A DNA stretch of 10,480 bases, taken from NCBI GenBank assembly GCA_038205935.1, contig JBBRBK010000071.1:1-10480 (forward strand). Reading direction: 5' to 3'. Position numbers and translations under genes: made by a program. Each line of letters opens with the position of its first letter. Positions within the stretch are counted from its first letter, which is position 1. Shown one piece after another: positions 7,172-10,480 of this stretch. The stretch is from Campylobacterales bacterium. GTDB lineage: Bacteria; Campylobacterota; Campylobacteria; Campylobacterales; Sulfurimonadaceae. The notes under the pieces were generated by a model. That model worked only from the letters and a program-made list of their open reading frames with translations, did not search any database and was not told the DNA's origin.

Positions 7172-7177
7172 TATAAT
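7172..7177 (+). promoter_or_regulatory. Candidate sigma70 -10 box for the exonuclease-nuclease operon
   Basis: Perfect TATAAT in the 101-nt intergenic gap. No clear -35 and no GACA-N6-TGTC element. RBS GAGGAA at about 7214-7219. Confidence 0.35.
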
Positions 7178-7225
7178 AATATGAAAATATTGTTAAATTT
7201 AGTAAGTTAATATGAGGAAGAGATT

Positions 7226-7981
7226 TTGGCAAAATATATATTATTTGATACAGAGACAACGGGAAATCAGGAGCTTGATAGAATCATTCAAGTTGGTGCG
7301 ATGATAGTGGATGCAAAAGGTGATATTTCTGTATTTGATGAACTTTGTAGCGCACCGTTGCCAATCTCTATAGAAGCGATGGCGGTTCACGGAATTACTC
7401 CCGATCTCATCGAGGGCAAGGGTGATTTTGTAGATACAGATTTTTATAAAATTCTTCAAGAGCTAAACAATCAAGAAAACTATCTCATAGCTCACAATAT
7501 GCCCTTTGATCTTGGGATGCTAAACAAAGAGGGCTTTGAATCAAATCTAAGGATCATCGATACCCTCAGATGTGCCAAACATCTCCTCAAAGACTCAAAA
7601 TCGCACGCTCTTCAATATCTTCGATATGCACTTGAACTTTATAAAAATGAGAAAATCGAAGCAGAAAAATACAACATTGTTATAAAAGCTCATGATGCCA
7701 TAGGTGATGTGTTGGTTATGAAACTACTTTTATCAAAACTCGTAGAACTTGTAAAAGTCGAATCGCCTCATGCAAATCCGATGGTGAGATTGCAAGAACT
7801 CACAAGTACGCCTATCTTGATAGAGATATTTAAATTTGGTAAATACAAAGATAGAAAGATTTCTGATATCTGTAAAGAGGACAAAGGCTATATCAACTGG
7901 ATGATGAAAAACATGGAGCTAGACGCAGATATGAAATACACGCTTGATACTTTTTTAGGGGGATTTATAAAGTATGCATAA
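7226..7981 (+). CDS. DEDDh 3'-5' exonuclease (DnaQ/ExoX-like)
   Basis: TTG start with RBS; ExoI FDTETTG, ExoII AHNMPFD, ExoIII AHDAIGDV; C-terminal FKFGKYKD...GYINW tail of ExoX-like enzymes. Confidence 0.93.
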   Translation: MAKYILFDTETTGNQELDRIIQVGAMIVDAKGDISVFDELCSAPLPISIEAMAVHGITPDLIEGKGDFVDTDFYKILQELNNQENYLIAHNMPFDLGMLNKEGFESNLRIIDTLRCAKHLLKDSKSHALQYLRYALELYKNEKIEAEKYNIVIKAHDAIGDVLVMKLLLSKLVELVKVESPHANPMVRLQELTSTPILIEIFKFGKYKDRKISDICKEDKGYINWMMKNMELDADMKYTLDTFLGGFIKYA

Positions 7982-10313
7982 CCTCTCTCAAAACCTCTAC
8001 GTCACTTATGCAAACCAAAGAGTCCGAGATATCAAAGCAAATTTAGGGATTAAGCCTTTAGACAAGGTCATGACCCTAGATGAGCTCATACTTCAAAAGT
8101 TTGAAAAAAACAGTTTTAAAACTATCATAGATGAAAATCTTGGTACTTCGCTTATCTATAAGATCATTCAAGAAGAGGGTGTGGCTTATTTTTCATATTT
8201 ACAAAGTGATGCCGTAAGCCTGCAGACAATACGTGATTTTCTTATCAAATGCAAACGCAATGACGTGGCGTTTGAGACTTTATTGGAAGGTAAAAAGCTT
8301 GAAGCTATAAAAATTATAGATGCGGCATACACAGAGTTTAAATTAGCAAAGAATTTAGTGGATATCGCAGATATTGAAAAAAGTGTTTTAGCGCATTGGG
8401 ATGATGATTTTACAAAAGGATATAGTGAAATTTTTGTAGATGATTTTCAAATTGGTAGTATCTCTTTTATCAAATCAAAACTTCAAAAGCAGATTTTTGG
8501 CAAACTAAGTGACTATAAAAAACTCCTACATGTAAGCCAATTAAAAACACCAAAGATCATTGCACCAGCCAGCGAAGTATTTAACAATATCGATGAAGTA
8601 AAAACCGCCATCAAAATGGCCAGAAAGCTTTTACAAGAGGGTGCTGAAAGTGAAGAGATCATCATCGTAGCTTCAGATATACAAGAATATACGCCATTAT
8701 ATAGACTCTTTTTAGATGAGTATGAGATGAAAGGTTTTAGCTCTATCGGTACTCCGCTCACACATTTTTACAATAAAAACTCTCCAAAAGTTCAAGTAGC
8801 GTATAAAACATTTACATCTCAGATAAATACGCTTGAAATACTTTTTGGTAAGCTTGGTCTTGTATTGTTATCATCTACAAAAGAAAATATCAAAGCTTCC
8901 ATCAAAATCCAAGATGAGAAGATCGGCATAGAGATGACAGAGCCAAATCAGCTTGTAGGAAGAAGTAAAAGCTATAAGCATATTATCTTTATAGGCACTG
9001 ATATCAACCACTTTCCTCCAAAAAGCAGTGACAATTTCCTTTATGGCGCAGAAGATGATGTGAAACACTTTTATGCGAACAACTATTTTTTAAGTTCACA
9101 AACGCACTATGAAGAGCTCAAAAGATTGGGAGAAAATCTTTACCTTATCACTGCTAAATATAGTGGTAAAAGAGAACTGACTCCATCCATTATCATAGAT
9201 AAAAAGTTTGATTCCACCATAAATGTAAGTGATATCCAAAGCATTAACGACCTTGCTTTACATGGTAGGACAACGATTTCACAAACGCAAGAGTATTTTG
9301 AGAGTATCGTAGATGAAGAGTTTACAAAGTTTGATGGCAAAGATGTAGAAGGTGTAGATGCAACGCATCTCTCCGCTTCGCAGATAAATAAATACCTCTC
9401 TTGTCCACTGAGTTATCTCTATGCAAATAAGATGAAGATTAAACCTCCCAAACAATCCCAAGAGGGATTTGATGCGATGGAGCAGGGAAGTTTGATGCAC
9501 TTATGTTTTGAGTATTTTGGCAAACATATTAAAGAAAATCATATTCATAGTACAGATGCAGATGAACTCTGCGAGATCATGTATGAGAACTCTCTAAAAG
9601 CTTATACTGACGAACAAACGATGAAAAATATAGAATCTGAAAACATCCATCATCATATCTTCTTAGCAAATCTTCAAGCAGGGCTCAAAGATGAAAGAGA
9701 AAAAGGGTTGCTTGCTAAGTTTGTAGATTATTACATCAAATATGCAGAGGAGTTTAACTATTTTCAAGACACTGAGTTTGAAAAAGAGTTTGCACTTGAT
9801 GCACAATTAAAACCATATATGCTCAAAGATAAAGAAGATCAAAACTACTTCATAAAAGGATTTATCGATAGGTTTGATAATCTATCCAGCCATATAAACA
9901 TCATCGATTATAAATCTAAAAAGATGAGTGGTGCCATAGACAAAGCAAAGCAAGAACAAGTAGAAAATCAAAAAGATATACAACTCGCACTCTACATACT
10001 TTACGCTTCACAAGCTTACGCATACAAAGAGTACAACGCCCATCTGCTCAGTTTTAAGGGTGAGAGCAATTATTACCATTTTGCAAATCTATCAACTGAT
10101 GAAGATTTGAAAAATAGCATCCATTACAGCGATGAATACCATGAAAACTTAGTCAAACTTATAAACGATACAAAGCAAAATATTGAAAATGGAGAGTTTG
10201 GCTATGACAACAGCGACGAAAAAACATGCGGATACTGCGATATAAAGTTCATCTGTCATGAGAGTATTTTGAGGAAAAATAAAATTGAATTTAAAGAGGA
10301 GAGTTTGGGATGA
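7974..10313 (+). CDS. AddB/RexB-like PD-(D/E)XK nuclease with Fe-S cluster cysteines
   Basis: LSASQINKYLSCPLSY, QGSLMH, EKEF, IKGFIDRFD, IIDYKS, QLALY and terminal CGYCDIKFIC (1+3 Cys Fe-S staple). N-terminal degenerate helicase-like region (IFVDDF) without a Walker A. Overlaps the exonuclease by 8 nt. Confidence 0.88.
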   Translation: MHNLSQNLYVTYANQRVRDIKANLGIKPLDKVMTLDELILQKFEKNSFKTIIDENLGTSLIYKIIQEEGVAYFSYLQSDAVSLQTIRDFLIKCKRNDVAFETLLEGKKLEAIKIIDAAYTEFKLAKNLVDIADIEKSVLAHWDDDFTKGYSEIFVDDFQIGSISFIKSKLQKQIFGKLSDYKKLLHVSQLKTPKIIAPASEVFNNIDEVKTAIKMARKLLQEGAESEEIIIVASDIQEYTPLYRLFLDEYEMKGFSSIGTPLTHFYNKNSPKVQVAYKTFTSQINTLEILFGKLGLVLLSSTKENIKASIKIQDEKIGIEMTEPNQLVGRSKSYKHIIFIGTDINHFPPKSSDNFLYGAEDDVKHFYANNYFLSSQTHYEELKRLGENLYLITAKYSGKRELTPSIIIDKKFDSTINVSDIQSINDLALHGRTTISQTQEYFESIVDEEFTKFDGKDVEGVDATHLSASQINKYLSCPLSYLYANKMKIKPPKQSQEGFDAMEQGSLMHLCFEYFGKHIKENHIHSTDADELCEIMYENSLKAYTDEQTMKNIESENIHHHIFLANLQAGLKDEREKGLLAKFVDYYIKYAEEFNYFQDTEFEKEFALDAQLKPYMLKDKEDQNYFIKGFIDRFDNLSSHINIIDYKSKKMSGAIDKAKQEQVENQKDIQLALYILYASQAYAYKEYNAHLLSFKGESNYYHFANLSTDEDLKNSIHYSDEYHENLVKLINDTKQNIENGEFGYDNSDEKTCGYCDIKFICHESILRKNKIEFKEESLG

Positions 10314-10480
10314 CATATATAGAGTATTTTACTAAGTTTCATGAAAAAGTTATAGAAAATGAAATTTTTATTACTAAAAGAACGATAACAGAAGAACATT
10401 GGCTTGGTTACAGTTATGGAAGTTATTTTTCTTTTTCCTGTACATTTATACAAAAAAAACATAAATTGGCAGTAGAACTA
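10310..10480 (+). CDS. 3'-truncated ORF, possibly DUF4268-like
   Basis: Not in the ORF track. ATGA overlap with the upstream stop, AGAGGAG RBS at 10295-10301, open for 57 codons to the window end: MTYIEYFTKFHEKVIENEIFITKRTITEEHWLGYSYGSYFSFSCTFIQKKHKLAVEL. The HW....G...VEL pattern recalls DUF4268 (from memory, not searched). Confidence 0.7.
   Translation, partial: MTYIEYFTKFHEKVIENEIFITKRTITEEHWLGYSYGSYFSFSCTFIQKKHKLAVEL

Noticed and set aside
289..10462. Short minus-strand ORFs and the nested + strand ORF 6763-6960
   Set aside because: All overlap well-supported + strand genes and show no motifs; they are shadow ORFs.

Overview
AT-rich bacterial window, probably Campylobacterota (Sulfurimonas/Sulfurovum/Arcobacter-like; inferred from protein families and composition). 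All credible genes lie on the + strand: a 5'-truncated sirtuin, a hypothetical protein, a small very basic protein, a double-AAA+ ATPase, a HipA-family kinase followed by an XRE-HTH gene, a hypothetical protein, a CobB-like sirtuin, a DEDDh 3'-5' exonuclease, an AddB-like PD-(D/E)XK nuclease, and a 3'-truncated ORF missed by the ORF track (possibly DUF4268-like). The main non-coding signal is an intergenic palindrome, GACA-TAAA-NN-TGTC, at 1665, 3844 and 5743. Two copies share 20 identical bp. In all three, TGTC is followed after exactly 12 nt by TA, and in two by a full TAnnnT -10 box. This matches the geometry of WYL-activator (PafBC) promoters and suggests a co-regulated nucleic-acid-stress or defence regulon whose regulator is not in this window.
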